A stretch of DNA of 64,000 bases from Centroscyllium fabricii. Lineage: Eukaryota. The notes beneath the pieces were generated by a model that worked only from the letters and a program-made list of their open reading frames with translations, made no database searches and was not told where the DNA came from. Numbering within the stretch: position 1 is the first letter of the stretch; each line of letters begins with the position of its first letter. The position numbers and the translations under genes are program-made. The stretch lies in contig JBNRSN020000005.1 of the NCBI GenBank assembly GCA_051313645.2, forward strand, positions 142,538,001 to 142,602,000. The letters run 5' to 3'. Shown one piece after another: positions 48,913 through 61,632 of the stretch.

Positions 48913-51558
48913 TTGGAGATGACTGTATTTTCTGGTTGCCTGTACAGGTCACAACGTTATTTCTCACTTGCAAGTCTGTACCAACCACCCCTAACCAGGG
49001 CCGATACAGAAACAAGATACAAAATTGTAAACTACAACTGTGTTGTTTCTGTTACTCTAAAAACTGCTACAAAATGCATACAGAGCAGTTGCCCCAGCAC
49101 ACAGCTGCTGAGACACTATTGCAAAACTGCTTCTTGAGGTGGTCCTGGAATAGAAACACACCATAAAGCTACACCATTTCTTTATGAAATGCTGTGAAAA
49201 TACACTTCTTTCCCAGTGTTCAGTATATTGTACTCATGTACTGTAATAAACAGCAAAATAATAAGGGCTATGAAAGACACTTTTGAAGACGTTTTGCGCA
49301 AACATTACAATTTCTATCCAACAGGACGACTGTATTTCCAGAATTGTGTGTGCACTGCAAATTACTTTGGCTAACCCACCAGACCAGAAATCAAGCAGAG
49401 AATAATTCTAGTGTTTAGGCTCAGTGTCACATTGTGTAGTACAACAATCCACTGATGTTGGGGCTTGGGACATGGTTTAGTTAGCTCCTGCTTACTGCGG
49501 TCTTCGCAATGTAACAGTGGTACCTCTCTTCCAGCAGCAGTGGAAAGAACAGTTGGAAGCTTGAGGCGACTTGATTTTTACCATCAGTAGCAGGGCAACA
49601 ACACAAGCTGGCTGAATATTGCACCACTCCGAGCCACTAAAAAAAAGTAAAATCTAGCCGAGGTTTCTCCAACAGCTCTGAGTTTTTGTTTAGGTGAGTG
49701 GCTGAGCTATACAGATGAGAAAGGTCCCAGATTCAATGTTGTGTGTGTTGAGTTAAATTGAGTACATGATCTCAGCCAAGGTGGTGGTACAATTGGCCTC
49801 AAATCCCCTAGGTTTTGAGAAGGGAAAAATCACCCCGGATTCCTGATTGCTAGCTGGTTATTCCAGCTGGAAGTACAAATACAGGGTATATGGACATCAG
49901 ACAATAGGACTGGGCTTGTTTACAAAGCCAATGCTCATACACGGACAGCGGCAAGGTACATGTACTGATGTCAGTAGGCTATTCAACCCATAGAAGGAAT
50001 CACAGATGAGCCCAGTTCTGTCCACACCCAACATACACACATATGCAATTTCCATTAAGAGTCATACACACAACAGCAATGAGCAGTAACGTTGGCCAAT
50101 CAGCCCAGTGGTACAGAAGCCAATGCATCACTTCCACCGCTTCCCTGCCTGACATCAGCGAGCTTGGCACATACTTTCCGATCTATAAAGTTCAGTTTAA
50201 CAGCCTTTTATCAACAGAGCCACTGGGAGAGCTCAGTCACTAGCTGTATTATTACAGCCCATTATTTAGCTGTCAAACTCTAGTACCATAAATATCTAAC
50301 AGTCTAAGAGCCAGATGAAAATTTGAGATCAGTTTTAAATCTAACAGTGTAGTCTAACAGAAGGAAAGTGGGTACAATTTCATGTATTAAGAGGTATGAT
50401 CAGACTAGTTTAAGGTTAAAACTCTAGATTCTAAGGTGGGATAGGAAGAAAGTTTAAGAACAATGGTGATGCTATATTAGTTTAGGTAGGGCATAAGGAG
50501 CGGATCATATGACTTGAATTTGATATCATGACATAGAGTAACTGGCTTCCATTTAAAAAAAAAAAGACTTTTCAAGTCCAATTTCAATTAAAGGAGACGA
50601 TCATTAAAATTGAAAACAGTGAAATAGAAAGGGAATCATTATTAGCGAAGTAACTCTTGGGTCAAGGGATTCAGATAATGTCAAACCACAACAGCAAAGG
50701 CCCAATATAATTCTAAGCATTAAAAAAAAAGTGCTTGCTGTTTACATTTCAACGACGTAGTCTAACAGACCTTACCAAAGAGAAACAGAACCTATTTCCT
50801 GCCATTAATGAGAGCAAGGCTATGTTAATGTATAGAACTGTGGCTATTATAATATAAACTAAATTATACCAGGATTTTTCTCAGTTGCAACCATTGGTGA
50901 TGACATGACAGAAAATGTAGAAAATCTTTCAAGTGGCAAAATAAATTAATTCTAAAAAATGAGCACTGCAATGGTCTTGAGAAAAATCTTTTTTTTACCA
51001 AATATAAAATGTAAGATGAACCATATTATCAATGAACCTGAACGACTAGAACAATATTTATCTGTTTTTCGGTATTACAGAAGAAAACCCTCAATTGGGC
51101 TTAAGCCCACACACCTGTGTTTTAGGGACAGGATAAGCTCAGATTAAGCTAATGTTACCAATTCTTTCTGCTGTGTCATTCAAAACCACTACAGGCAATG
51201 ACGACAGGACAAAGTCAATTTTAACCACTTAAAATGCAAGAATTTTAGTACCAAACATTTAGCTGCACAACAATGGAGAATATTTTGCCTTCACATCAAA
51301 ACATAAATATTCTCAAAAGACTCAGAGTGGATTTAAGAAATTTTAAGCGAAGTGTTCCTCAAGGTAATGACTGCTGGATATAATCTTAATTAAATATGTG
51401 AAAAACACATTTCAGGTGAGAATGCTAGTGACAGCCAAACAGTTTAAGTTTTATTTTTGTATTTTGGAGTGATTCATTTATAGCTTTGCATTAACTATCT
51501 AAAATGATTTCTTATAAGAAGCCAGCTTGGTCACAAAGAGTACATCTTTATTCCGCAA

Positions 51559-52089
51559 CAGGTTGAAGATCGTTAATCCAGCACGGGCGGGGCCAGGCCC
51601 GCGCCGGTATAGTGAAAAAGCCGGAAGAATGAAGCCATCCAGTGCGCGCACCATTCAAAATGGCCACGTGCATGCGCAGAACATTGGAAATGGCCGCTGC
51701 GAAATTTTGAATGATCTACGCATGTGCCGAACGGCAAGCGCATGCGCAGATCATGCGAAATGGCCGCCACGAAGTTTTGAATGATCTGCGCATGCGCCGC
51801 TGAACGGCGAGTGCATGCGCAGATCATTCAAAATGGCCACCGGAAGTTTTGAATGGTCTGCGCATGTGCTCGCCATTCAGCGGCGCATGCGCAGATCATT
51901 CAAAACTTCCGGTGGCCATTTTGAATGATCTGCGCATGTGCTCGCCGTTCGGCAGCGCATGCGCAGATAATCTGCCGAAGCATCAGTCGCGGCGGCCATT
52001 TCGTGCATGCGCAGGGCAGTCGGGGCAATTTATGCCAGACGACTGAAGTTGCCGGCTTTTCGGTTACCGGATTAACGGTCTTCAAGCTG
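51559..52089. mobile_element. Third GCGCATGCGC-rich Tc1/mariner-type MITE
   Basis: TIRs CAGGTTGAAGATCGTTAATCC / GGATTAACGGTCTTCAAGCTG-TA; internal palindromic repeats. Confidence 0.78.
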
Positions 52090-52518
52090 TATTTCACTAT
52101 TCATTACTCACTGACCAGTCAAATGCTATGTACATTTCACAACTTAAATTATTATTTAAACTAATGCAGTATTCTCTTCGGTGCGGCACATACACTGATA
52201 ATTTTAATGTTCATATTCTTCGTTTTACATCTATTTTTGCAAATTCTTTTCTGTTTTGCAGGAATATTTATGTTATAATAACCTTCAACAAATATAAAAT
52301 GCATTTCTAAAAATCAGGGAACCAATAAAGATGGAATAAAATGCTTAAATAAGTGTCACTGATATAATTGAAGTAGATGATAATATTGCTATTTAACCAA
52401 CAATCTACCAACTGTACTACACCAATCTACCAGCTACAAAAATAAGTTTGCATTAATATCAAATTGAACACCAGCCCTGCTGCAAATGGTTCAGATTGCT
52501 GCTCTGCTTTCTTGTATT

Positions 52519-53962
52519 CATAGAAACATAGAAGATAGGAGCAGGAGTAGGCCATTCGACCCCTCGCGCCTGCTCCGCCATTCGATGAGATCATGGCTGA
52601 TCATCTAAACTCAGTACCCCGTACCTGCCTTCTCCCCATATCCTTTGATACCTTTAGCTCCAAGAACTATATCTAACTCCTTCTTGAATATATTTAATGA
52701 ATTGGCCTCAACTACATACTGTGGTAGAGAATTCCACAGGTTCACCACTATCTGGGCGAAGAAATTCTTCCTCATCTCTGTCCTAAATGGCCTACCCCTT
52801 ATCCTTAGACTGTGCCCCCTGGTTCTGGACTCTCCTACCATCAGGAACTTTCTTCCTGCATCTAGTTTGTCCAGATCTGTCAGAATTTTATAAGTTTCGA
52901 TGAGATCCCCTCTCATTCTTCTAAACTCCAGCGAGTATAAGCCCAATCGACCTAATCTCTCCTCATACGTCATTCCTGCCATCCCAGGTATCAGCCAGGT
53001 GAATCTTTGCTGAACTCCTTCCATGGCAAGAACATCCTTCCTCAGATAAGGCGAACAAAGCAGCACACAGTACTCAAGGTGTGGTCTCACCAAGGCCCTG
53101 TACAACTGCAGCAGGACATCCTTGTTCCTGTACTCAAACCCTATCGCTATGAAGGCCAACATACCATTTGCCTTCTTCACCACCTGCTGCACCTGCATGC
53201 TTACCTTCAACGACTGGTGCACAAGAACACCCAGATCTCGTTGCACTTCCCCATCTCCCAATCTATTGCCATTCAGATAATAGTCTGCCTTTCTGTTTTT
53301 GACACCAAAGTGGATAACCTCGCATTTATCCACGTTATATTGCATCTGCCACACTTCTGCCCAATCATCCAACCTGTCCAAATCATCCTGGAGTTTCTCA
53401 GTATCCTCCTCGCAGCACACACGCCCATCCAGCTTTGTGTCATCTGCAAACTTGGAAATATTACATCTCGTTCCCTTATCTAGATCATTAATGTATATTG
53501 TGAATAGCTGGGGTCCAAGGACCGATCCCTGCGGTACCCCACTAGTGACTGCCTGCCACTCGGAAAAAGATCCGTTAATTCCTACTCTCTGCTTTCTGTC
53601 CGCCAACCAGTTCTCTATCCAAGTCAATACCTTGCCCCCAATCCCATGTGCCTTAACTTTATATGCAAATCTCTTATGCGGGACCTTATCGAAAGCCTTT
53701 TGAAAGTCCAAATACACATCTACTGGTTCTCCCTTATCTATTTTCCCACTTACATCCTCAAAAAACTCCAGTAGATTAGTCAAGCACGATTTACCTTTCG
53801 TAAGTCCATGTTGACTTTGTCCGCTCCTGTCACTGTTTTCCAAGTGCTCAGCTATTACATCCTTTATTTAGCATTTTCCCCAGTACCAATGTCAGGCTTA
53901 CCAGTCTGTAATTCCGCGCTTTCTCTCTACCACCCTTTTTGAATAGTGGGGTAACATTAGCT
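52519..53962 (-). mobile_element. CR1 LINE 3' part (RT ORF 52611-53843, 410 aa), running into the assembly gap
   Basis: YLDFQKAFDKVPH, GVPQGSVLGP, KFADDTK; CR1 tail. Confidence 0.92.
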
Positions 53963-54162
53963 NNNNNNNNNNNNNNNNNNNNNNNNNNNNNNNNNNNNNN
54001 NNNNNNNNNNNNNNNNNNNNNNNNNNNNNNNNNNNNNNNNNNNNNNNNNNNNNNNNNNNNNNNNNNNNNNNNNNNNNNNNNNNNNNNNNNNNNNNNNNNN
54101 NNNNNNNNNNNNNNNNNNNNNNNNNNNNNNNNNNNNNNNNNNNNNNNNNNNNNNNNNNNNNN
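53963..54162. other. Assembly gap (200 N)
   Basis: Run of n. Confidence 1.
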
Positions 54163-54318
54163 TTATAGTCCATCAGTTTATTTGAAATCACAAGCTTCCG
54201 GAGCGCTGCTCCTTCGTCAGGTGAAGTGATTCAAATAAAACCGTTGGACTATAACCTGGTGTTGTGTGACTTCTTACATTTGTCCACCCCAGTCCAACAC
54301 CGGCACCTCACATCATGA
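54163..54318. mobile_element. Penelope terminal-repeat fragments in inverted arrangement, with a mutated hammerhead motif on - (54188-54224)
   Basis: Reverse strand TCAC CTGACGA A GGAGC AGC GCTCC GGAA GCTT GTGA; ggactataa present in both orientations. Confidence 0.6.
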
Positions 54319-54399
54319 ATAATTTGTGTTTTATCAGTTTCGCAATCATTCTTGACAACGTGACCGACCTGCATTGCACTCTTTTGGTTAGAACCAATT

Positions 54400-54880
54400 A
54401 GCTGAAAATAAACAAAACTTAGCAAATTAAACTAAAATCACCCGGTCAGGGTGATGATGCACTCCAGTCCCCACGGCACCCACCGGTCTCGGAAGGCCTC
54501 GAGTGTGCTGGCGGGCACCGCGTGCTCCATCTCCAGGGCCACCCGGGCGCGAACATAGCTGTGGAAGAGAGGCAAGTAATCGGGCCGAACGACCCCCTCG
54601 ACCGCCCGCTGCCTGGAGCTGCTAATGGCCACTTTGGCCAGGCCCAGGAACAGTCCTACAAGGAGTTCCTCCGACCCGCCCGCTCCCTCCACACCGAGTG
54701 ACCGAAGATCAGGAGCGTGGGACTGAAATGCAACCAAAATCGAGGAGCAGCCCCTTCAAATAATGGAAGAGGGGCTGCAACCTCGCACACTCTATATAAA
54801 CATGAAAAACGGACTCCTCTAGGCCGCAAAAAAGGCAGGCGGCCTGGGAGTCCGTAAACCTACTCAAAAACTTATTGATT
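54400..54880 (-). mobile_element. Tx1/L1-clade LINE 3' fragment
   Basis: LLVGLFLGLAKVAI..RQRAVEG..YVRARVALEMEH..LEAFRDRW; clade assignment from motif recall. Confidence 0.6.
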
Positions 54881-55117
54881 GCACTATTGGTGACACATGA
54901 TATAGAGCTTAGTGGTTGAAGTTAGGGTTATGGGTTAGCATTAGGGCTGCGGGTTGGTGCTAGGGTTAGAAACCACTTTCAGCAACACATTGCCGATTGC
55001 AGAAACCACTGATGCGAACCCCTACTACCGATAGAACCACCAATGTCAGTGTGTTGTCAACAGCGGACGCCACTACTGCCAACACCATTGTCACTGGACG
55101 TACATTTATAGAGTCGT

Positions 55118-55952
55118 GGGTCAATTTTCCTCAAGGTGTGGGAATTGGTGGGTTCCCGCTGATCAATTTCTCTTCCCGCTTTCTGAAGGGTGTGGGAGCC
55201 CCACGCAATTTTGGCTCAATTGGCCAATTAAATCCCCGCATGTGGAAGCCCTGCCAATTGATTGATTTTAGATAGAAAGCCGACGGGGTTGCCACCGTGT
55301 AACCAGCAGAGCCCATGATTGACAGCTCTAAGTGGTCTGGTCTGTTTCATTCTGTGGTTTCAGTGCATTGTGACATCACAATCCACTGTCAACAGAAACT
55401 AACCGCAAGTCGATGATTGACAGCTCTAAGTGGTTTGTTTCACTGGCAGGCTCCTAACAGCTAGGGAACGCCAATCTGTCAATCACTAGAAAGCAGCTGG
55501 AAGGTAAGTTTTTGAAAGTTTTTTTCCCACTAATCTTGGGCACCCTAAGGAGACAGTTAGACCTCCAGCATACTGGAGGCCAGGAAGCCATTCTGCCTCA
55601 GGTGCGTCAATGCCTTGAAGATGAAAGTCAGCAAACCGAATGTGTCCCCGCTAGGTTTCACCGGCGGGGTTCCCAGCTGGTGGGTTTTGTGTGGGAAAAG
55701 GCTGAAAATTGCAAGGGGCCCTTAAAATGGCATCATACATGCCAATTAAGGGCCCCTAATGAGGGCCCCTAATGAGCCTAACGATCATCCCCGCCGATGC
55801 TGGCCGGGACTAAAGCGGCCCAATCGGACCCGCCGGCCTGAAATTCACAAGCTGGCGGGAAAGCGGCGGGAGGGGTCGCGATCCCCCGTTTTAGCAATTT
55901 TCCCTCCCCGGCCGGTGAAAAAGCCGCCTGTCGGCTTCAGGAAAATTGACCT
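55118..55952. mobile_element. Harbinger-type MITE inserted in a CR1 microsatellite tail
   Basis: TIRs GGGTCAATTTTCCT / AGGAAAATTGACCT; TSD CGT/CAT; body resembles 9087-9980. Confidence 0.72.
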
Positions 55953-57890
55953 CATAGAGTTATACAGCATAGAAAGAGGCCCTTCAGCCCATCGTGTCTG
56001 CACCAGCCATCAAGCCCCGTCTATTCTAATCCCATTTTCCAGCACTGGTCCATAGCCTTGTATGCTAAGGTGTTCCAAGTGCTCATCTAAATGCTTCTTG
56101 AATGTTGTGAGGGTTCCTGCCTCTATCACCCTTTCAGGCAGTGAGTTCCAGATTCCAACCACCCTCTGGGTGAAACAGTTTTTCCTCAAATCTCCTCTAA
56201 ACATAGAAACATAGAAACTAGGAGCAGGAGTAGGCCATTCGGCCTTTCGAGCCTGCTCCGCCATTCAATGAGATCATGGCTGATCATCCAAACTCAGTAC
56301 CCCGCCCCTGCCCTCTCCCCATATCCCTCGATCCCTATCGAGCCTGCACTGACACATATCCCACCCTATCCCCGTAACCCCACATATTCAATCGCCCTAA
56401 CACTAAGGGTCAATTTATCCTGGCCAATCAACCTAACCCGCACATCTTTGGACTGTGGGAGGAAACCGGAGTAGCCGGAGGAAACCCACGCAGACACGGG
56501 GAGAATGTGCAAACTCCACACAGATAGTACCCAAGGCTGGATTTGAACCCGGGTCTCCAGTGCTGTGAGACAACAGTGCTAACCGCTGTGCCACCGTGCC
56601 GCCCCTTACCTCCTGCCCCTTACCTTGAAACTGTGCCCCCTTGTCATTGACCCCTCTACTAAGGGGAAACGTTCCTTTCTATCTACCCTATCTATGCCCC
56701 ATATAATTTTGTATACCTCAATCAGGTCCCCCCTCAGCCTTCTCTGCTCCAAGGAAAATAACCCCAGCCTGTCCAGTCTCTCTTCATAGCTGAAGCGCTC
56801 CAGCCCAGCTAACATCCTGGTGAATCTCCTCTGCACCCTCTCCAATGCAATCACATCCTTCCGATAGTGTGGTGACCAGAACTGCACACAGTATTCCAGC
56901 TGTGGCCTAACTAGCGTTTTGTAGCTCCATCATAACCTCCCTGCTCTTACATTCTATGCCTCGGCTAATGAAGACAAGTATCCCATATGCCTTTTTAACC
57001 ACCTTATCTACCTGTCCTGCTGCCTTCAGGGATCTATGTACAAGGTCCCTCTGATCCTCTGTCCTTCCTAGGATCCTACCATTCATTGTGTATTCCCTTG
57101 CCTTGTTAGTCCTCCCAAAATGCATCACCACACACTTTTCAGGGTTAAATTCCATTTGCCACTGTTCTGCCCATCTAACCATCCCGTCTATATTGTCCTG
57201 TAGCCTGAGGCTTACCTCCTCACTATTTACCACTCCACCAATTTTCGTGTCATCTGCGAACTTACTGATCATACCTCCTACATTCATATCTAAATCATTA
57301 ATGTAGACTACAAACAGCAAAGGACCCAGCACCGATCCCTATGGTACACCACTGGACACAGGCTTCCAGTCACAAAAACAACCTTTGACCATCACCCTCT
57401 GCCTCCTGCCACTAAGCTAATTTTAGATACAATGTGCCAAATTGCCCTGGATCCCATGGGCTCTTACCTTCTTGACCAGTCTCCCATGTGGGACTTTGTC
57501 AAAAGCCTTACTGAAATCCATGTAAACTACATCAGCTGCACTACCCTCATCCACACACCTAGTCACCCCCTCGAAAAATTCAATCAAATTGGTCAGACAT
57601 GATCTCCCCCTGACAACGACATGCTGCCTAACCTGATTAATCCCTGACTCTCCAAATGGAGACTAATTCTATCCCTTAGAATTTTTTCCAATAATTATTT
57701 CCCTACCACTGATGTTAGGCTCACTGGCCTGTAATTCCATGGTTTATCCACATTACCCTCCTTGAACAATGGTACTACGTTAGCTGTTCTCCAGTCCTCT
57801 GGCACCTCCCCTGTGGCCAGAGAGGTTCTGAAAATTTGTGTCAGAGCCCCTGCAATCTCCTCCCTTGCCTCACACAGCAGCCTGGGATAC
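55953..57890 (-). mobile_element. CR1 LINE fragment with a nested SINE and a second CR1 tail
   Basis: NYRPVSLTSVVGK, LGPLLFVVYINDLD, KFADDTK, QFWSPHYRKD. Confidence 0.85.
56340..56605 (-). mobile_element. HE1-like tRNA-derived V-SINE
   Basis: Reverse strand GGGGCGGCACGGTGGCACAGCGGTTAGC..GGTTCAAATCC (A/B boxes); V-domain tgtgtggagtttgcacattctccccgtgtctgcgtgggtttcctccgg. Confidence 0.8.
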
Positions 57891-59395
57891 AATCCGACCC
57901 GGCCAATTACCGTCCCATCAGTCTACTCTCAATTATCAGCAAAGTGATGGAAGGTGTCGTCGACAGTGCTATCAAGCGGCACTTACTCAGCAATAACCTG
58001 CTAACTGACGCCCAGTTTGGGTTCCGCCAGGGCCACTCAGCTCCTGACCTCATTACAGCCTTGGTCCAAACATGGACAAAAGAGCTGAACTCAAGAGGTG
58101 AGGTGAGAGTGACTGCCCTTGACATCAAGGCAGCATTTGATCGAGTGTGGCATCAAGGAGCCCTGGCAAAGCTGAAGTCAATGGGAATCAAGGGGAATCA
58201 TACCTAGCATAAAGGAAGTTGGCTGTGGTTGTTGGAGGCCATTCATCTCAACCACAGGACATCACTGCAGGAGTTCCTCAGGGCAGTGTCCTAGGCCCAA
58301 CCATCTTCAGCTGTTTCATCAATGACCTTCCCTCCATCATAAGGTCATGATGTGGAGGTGCCGGTGTTCACCTGAGGAAGGAGCAGCGCTCCGAAAGCTT
58401 GTGATTTAAAATAAAACTGTTGGACTATAACCTGGTGTTGTGTGACTTCTTGCATTTGTCCATCATAAGTTCAGAAGTGGGGATGTTCGCTGATGATTGC
58501 ACACTGTTCAGCACCATTCGAGACTCGTCAGATACTGACGCAGTCCGTGTCCATATGCAGCAAGACCTGGACAACATTCAGACTTGGGCTGACAAGTGGC
58601 AAGTAACATTCGCACCACACAAGTGCCAGGCAATGACCATCTCCAACAAGCGAGACTCTAACCATCTCCCCTTGACATTCAATGGCATTATCATCGCTGA
58701 ATCCCCCACTATCAACATCCTGGGGGGTTAGCACTGATCGGAAACTGAACTGGACCAGCCATATAAATACTGTGGCTACAAGAGCAGACCAGAGACTGGG
58801 AATTCTGCGGCGAGTGTCTCACCTCCTGACTCCCCAAAGCCTTTCCACCATCTACAAGGCACAAGTCAGGAGTGTGATGGAATACTCTCCACTTGCCTGG
58901 ATGAGTGCAGCTCCAACAACACTCAAGAAGCTCGACACCATTCAGGATAAAGCAGGCCACTTGATTGGCATTCCATCCACCACCTTCAACATTCACTCCC
59001 TCCACCACCGGCGCACTGTGGCTGCAGTGTGTACCATCTACAAGATGCACTGCAGCAACTCGCCTAAGCTCCTTCAACAGCACCTTCCAAACCCGCGACC
59101 TCTACCACTTAGAAGGACAAGGGCAGCAGACGCATGGGAACATCACCACCTACAAGTTCCCCTCCAAGCCACACACCATCCTGACTTGGACCTGTATCGC
59201 CGCTCCTTCACTGTCGCTGGGCCAAAATCCTGGAACTCCCTTCCTAACAACATTGTGGGTGTACCTACACCATATGGACTGCAGCGGTTCAAGAAGGCGG
59301 CTCACCACCATCTTCTCAAGGGCAATTAGGGATGGGCACTAAATGCAGGCCTAGCCAGCCAGCGACGCCCACATCCCATCAATGAATAAAAAACA
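57891..59395 (+). mobile_element. CR1/L2-group non-LTR retrotransposon 3' half
   Basis: NYRPISLLS, QFGFRQGHS, LDIKAAFDRVWH, GVPQGSVLGP, FADDC, YKAQVRSVMEY; AATAAA tail. Confidence 0.82.
58368..58404 (+). ncRNA. Minimal type I hammerhead ribozyme motif (Penelope-type) with intact core
   Basis: Stem I TCAC/GTGA, CTGAGGA, stem II GGAGC/GCTCC, GAAA, palindromic AAGCTT in place of stem III. Confidence 0.7.
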
Positions 59396-59534
59396 AACCA
59401 TCAGGGCCTGGGGATTTATCCACTTTTAAGCCCACTAAAACCGCTAGTACCTCCTCCCTCTCAATACTAATTTCTTCATGATATGGTTTGCCTACAACAT
59501 TTCTGCTGATGGATCTGCACAGGAACGTGTAAAG

Positions 59535-61120
59535 GTGTGAGCTTGTTGCAGTGGTAACACTGTCATCTCTGAGTCAGAAGTTTGTTGTTTCAAACCCCAC
59601 CCTAGGACTGGAGCACATAATCTAAGCTGACACTCCAGTGCAGTCCTGAGGCAGGGCTGTGTTGTTGGGCGTGCCGTCTTTTGAATGAGACGTTAATCCA
59701 AGACCTCTTCCACCTGTTCAGGTGGACATAAAGGAAAAGTTTTTCTCCCTATTTCCTGTCCATCAATTATCCCTCAGCCAGTCACCACAACAGATTAACT
59801 GGTCATTTCACTGTCGTCTGTGTACATTTTGGCTGCTGCATTTTCCTACCTTAGACTTTCAGAAGGCTTTCGATAAGGTTCTGCATAAGAGATTAGCGTG
59901 TAAAGTTAAAGAACATGGGATTGGGGGTAAGGTACTGTCTTGGATAGAGAACTGGTTAGCAGACAGGAGGCAAAGAGTTGGAATTAACGGGTCGTTTTCC
60001 GAGTGGCAGGCAGTGACTAGTGGGGTACCGCAGGGATCAATGCTAGGACCCCAGCTATTCACAGTATATATTAATGATCTAGACAAGGGAACTAGATGTA
60101 ATATCTCCAAGTTTGCAGATGACACAAAGCTGGGTGGGCATGTGTGCTGTGAGAAGGTTGCAGAGAAACGCCAGTACGATTTGGACAGGTTGGGGGATTG
60201 GGCAGATGTATGGCAAATGCAGTATATTGTGGACAAATGCGAGGTTATCCACTTCGGTGGCAAAAACAGGAAGGCAGATTATTATCTGAATGGCAATAGG
60301 TTGGGAGAAGGGGAAGCACAACGAGACCTGGGTGTCCTTGTGCACCAGTCGCTGAAGGTAAGCATGCAGGTGCAGCAGGCGGTTAAGAAGGCAAATGGTA
60401 TGTAGGCCTTTGTAGCGAGAGGGTTCGAGTACAGGAACAAGGATGTCTTGGTGAGATGACACCTTGAGTATTGTGTGCAGTTTTGGTCACCTTATCTGAG
60501 ATGGGATGTTCTTGCCATGGAGAGAGTGCAGCGAAGATTCACCAGGCTGATACCTGGGATGGCAGGAATGATGTATGAGGAGAGATTGGGTCGATTGGGC
60601 TTGTACTCATTGGAGTTTAGAAGAATGAGAGGGGATCTCATTGAAACTTATAAAATTCTAACAGGACTGGACAGACTAGATGCAGGAAGGATGTTCCCGA
60701 TGGTCGGGGAGTCCAGAACCAGGGGTCACAGTCTAAGGATAAGGGGTAAGCCATTTAGGACTGAGATGAGGAATTTCTTCACCTAGAGAGTGGTGAACCT
60801 GTGGAATTCTCTACCACACAGGGCAGTTGAGGCCAATTAATTAAATATATTCAAGAAGGAGTTGGATATATTTCTTAAGGCTAAAGGGATCAAGGGATAT
60901 GGGGAGAAAGCAGGGACAGGGTACTGAGTTTGGATGATCAGCCATGATCTCATTAAATGGCGGAGCAGACTTGAGGGGCCGAATGGCCGACTCCTGCTCC
61001 TGTCTTCTATGTTTCTATGTTACCTAATAGTGACGATACTGCAAAAGTAATTGGTTGTCTGTCAAACTCTTTGGGACCGCATGTGGCTGTGAAAGGTGCT
61101 CCATGAATGTAGTTTGTTTC
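59535..61120 (+). mobile_element. Deu-domain SINE (59535-59850 and 61021-61120) split by a CR1
   Basis: Head and core match the reverse complement of the SINE at 15705-16155; tail resumes after the CR1; possible TACCT TSD. Confidence 0.65.
59851..61020 (+). mobile_element. CR1 LINE 3' fragment
   Basis: LDFQKAFDKV..GVPQGSMLGP..KFADDTK, then CR1 tail; closely similar to 52519-53720. Confidence 0.9.
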
Positions 61121-61137
61121 TCGCATAATTTAAGGTA

Positions 61138-61457
61138 CAGGGAACTCTTTTAACCTGCACTTAAATATCCGGAAATCTCTCTTAACCAGCAAAATTCAGG
61201 AGTAGCTTCAGGTAAGTTTTGCTATATATGGCCGTGTAGCTGGGGTTCCGGCACCTGTGGCCGTGCAACAGGGACTCCTGGATCTGTGACCGTGTAACCG
61301 GGAGTCCTGCACAAGTGCCGTGTAACCGGGGCTGCTGAACCTGTGGCCGCGTACGGGGCTCTTGTACCTTGGTAAGTATACCTCTCTGTAATCCGGACAT
61401 TTTGATCAACCGGCACCACGCTGGTCCCATCGGTGCCGGATAAAAACGAGTTTCCTG
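61138..61457. mobile_element. Tc1/mariner (Tigger-like) MITE
   Basis: TA-CAGGGAACTC ... GAGTTTCCTG-TA. Confidence 0.65.
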
Positions 61458-61518
61458 TAATCCTCCAGATGGAGTTGGTGAGGTGATCTCGCTGGGAGGG
61501 GGTGTGCATTGTCAGAAG

Positions 61519-61632
61519 ATTTCTGCCTGTCTGGGGCTGGGTATCCCAAACACTCAGCCCAGGGGCTGCAGAATTCTGCCTGTCTGGGGCTGGGTATCCC
61601 AAACACTCAGCCCAGGGGCTGCAGAATTCTGT
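61519..61632. repeat. ~53-bp tandem duplication
   Basis: attctgcctgtctggggctgggtatcccaaacactcagcccaggggctgcaga twice. Confidence 0.8.

Noticed and set aside
54910-54970. Interstitial telomeric repeat (TTAGGG)
   Set aside because: Only a few degenerate, non-contiguous units
56540-56605. tRNA gene
   Set aside because: The A/B boxes belong to the head of an HE1-like SINE followed by a V-domain
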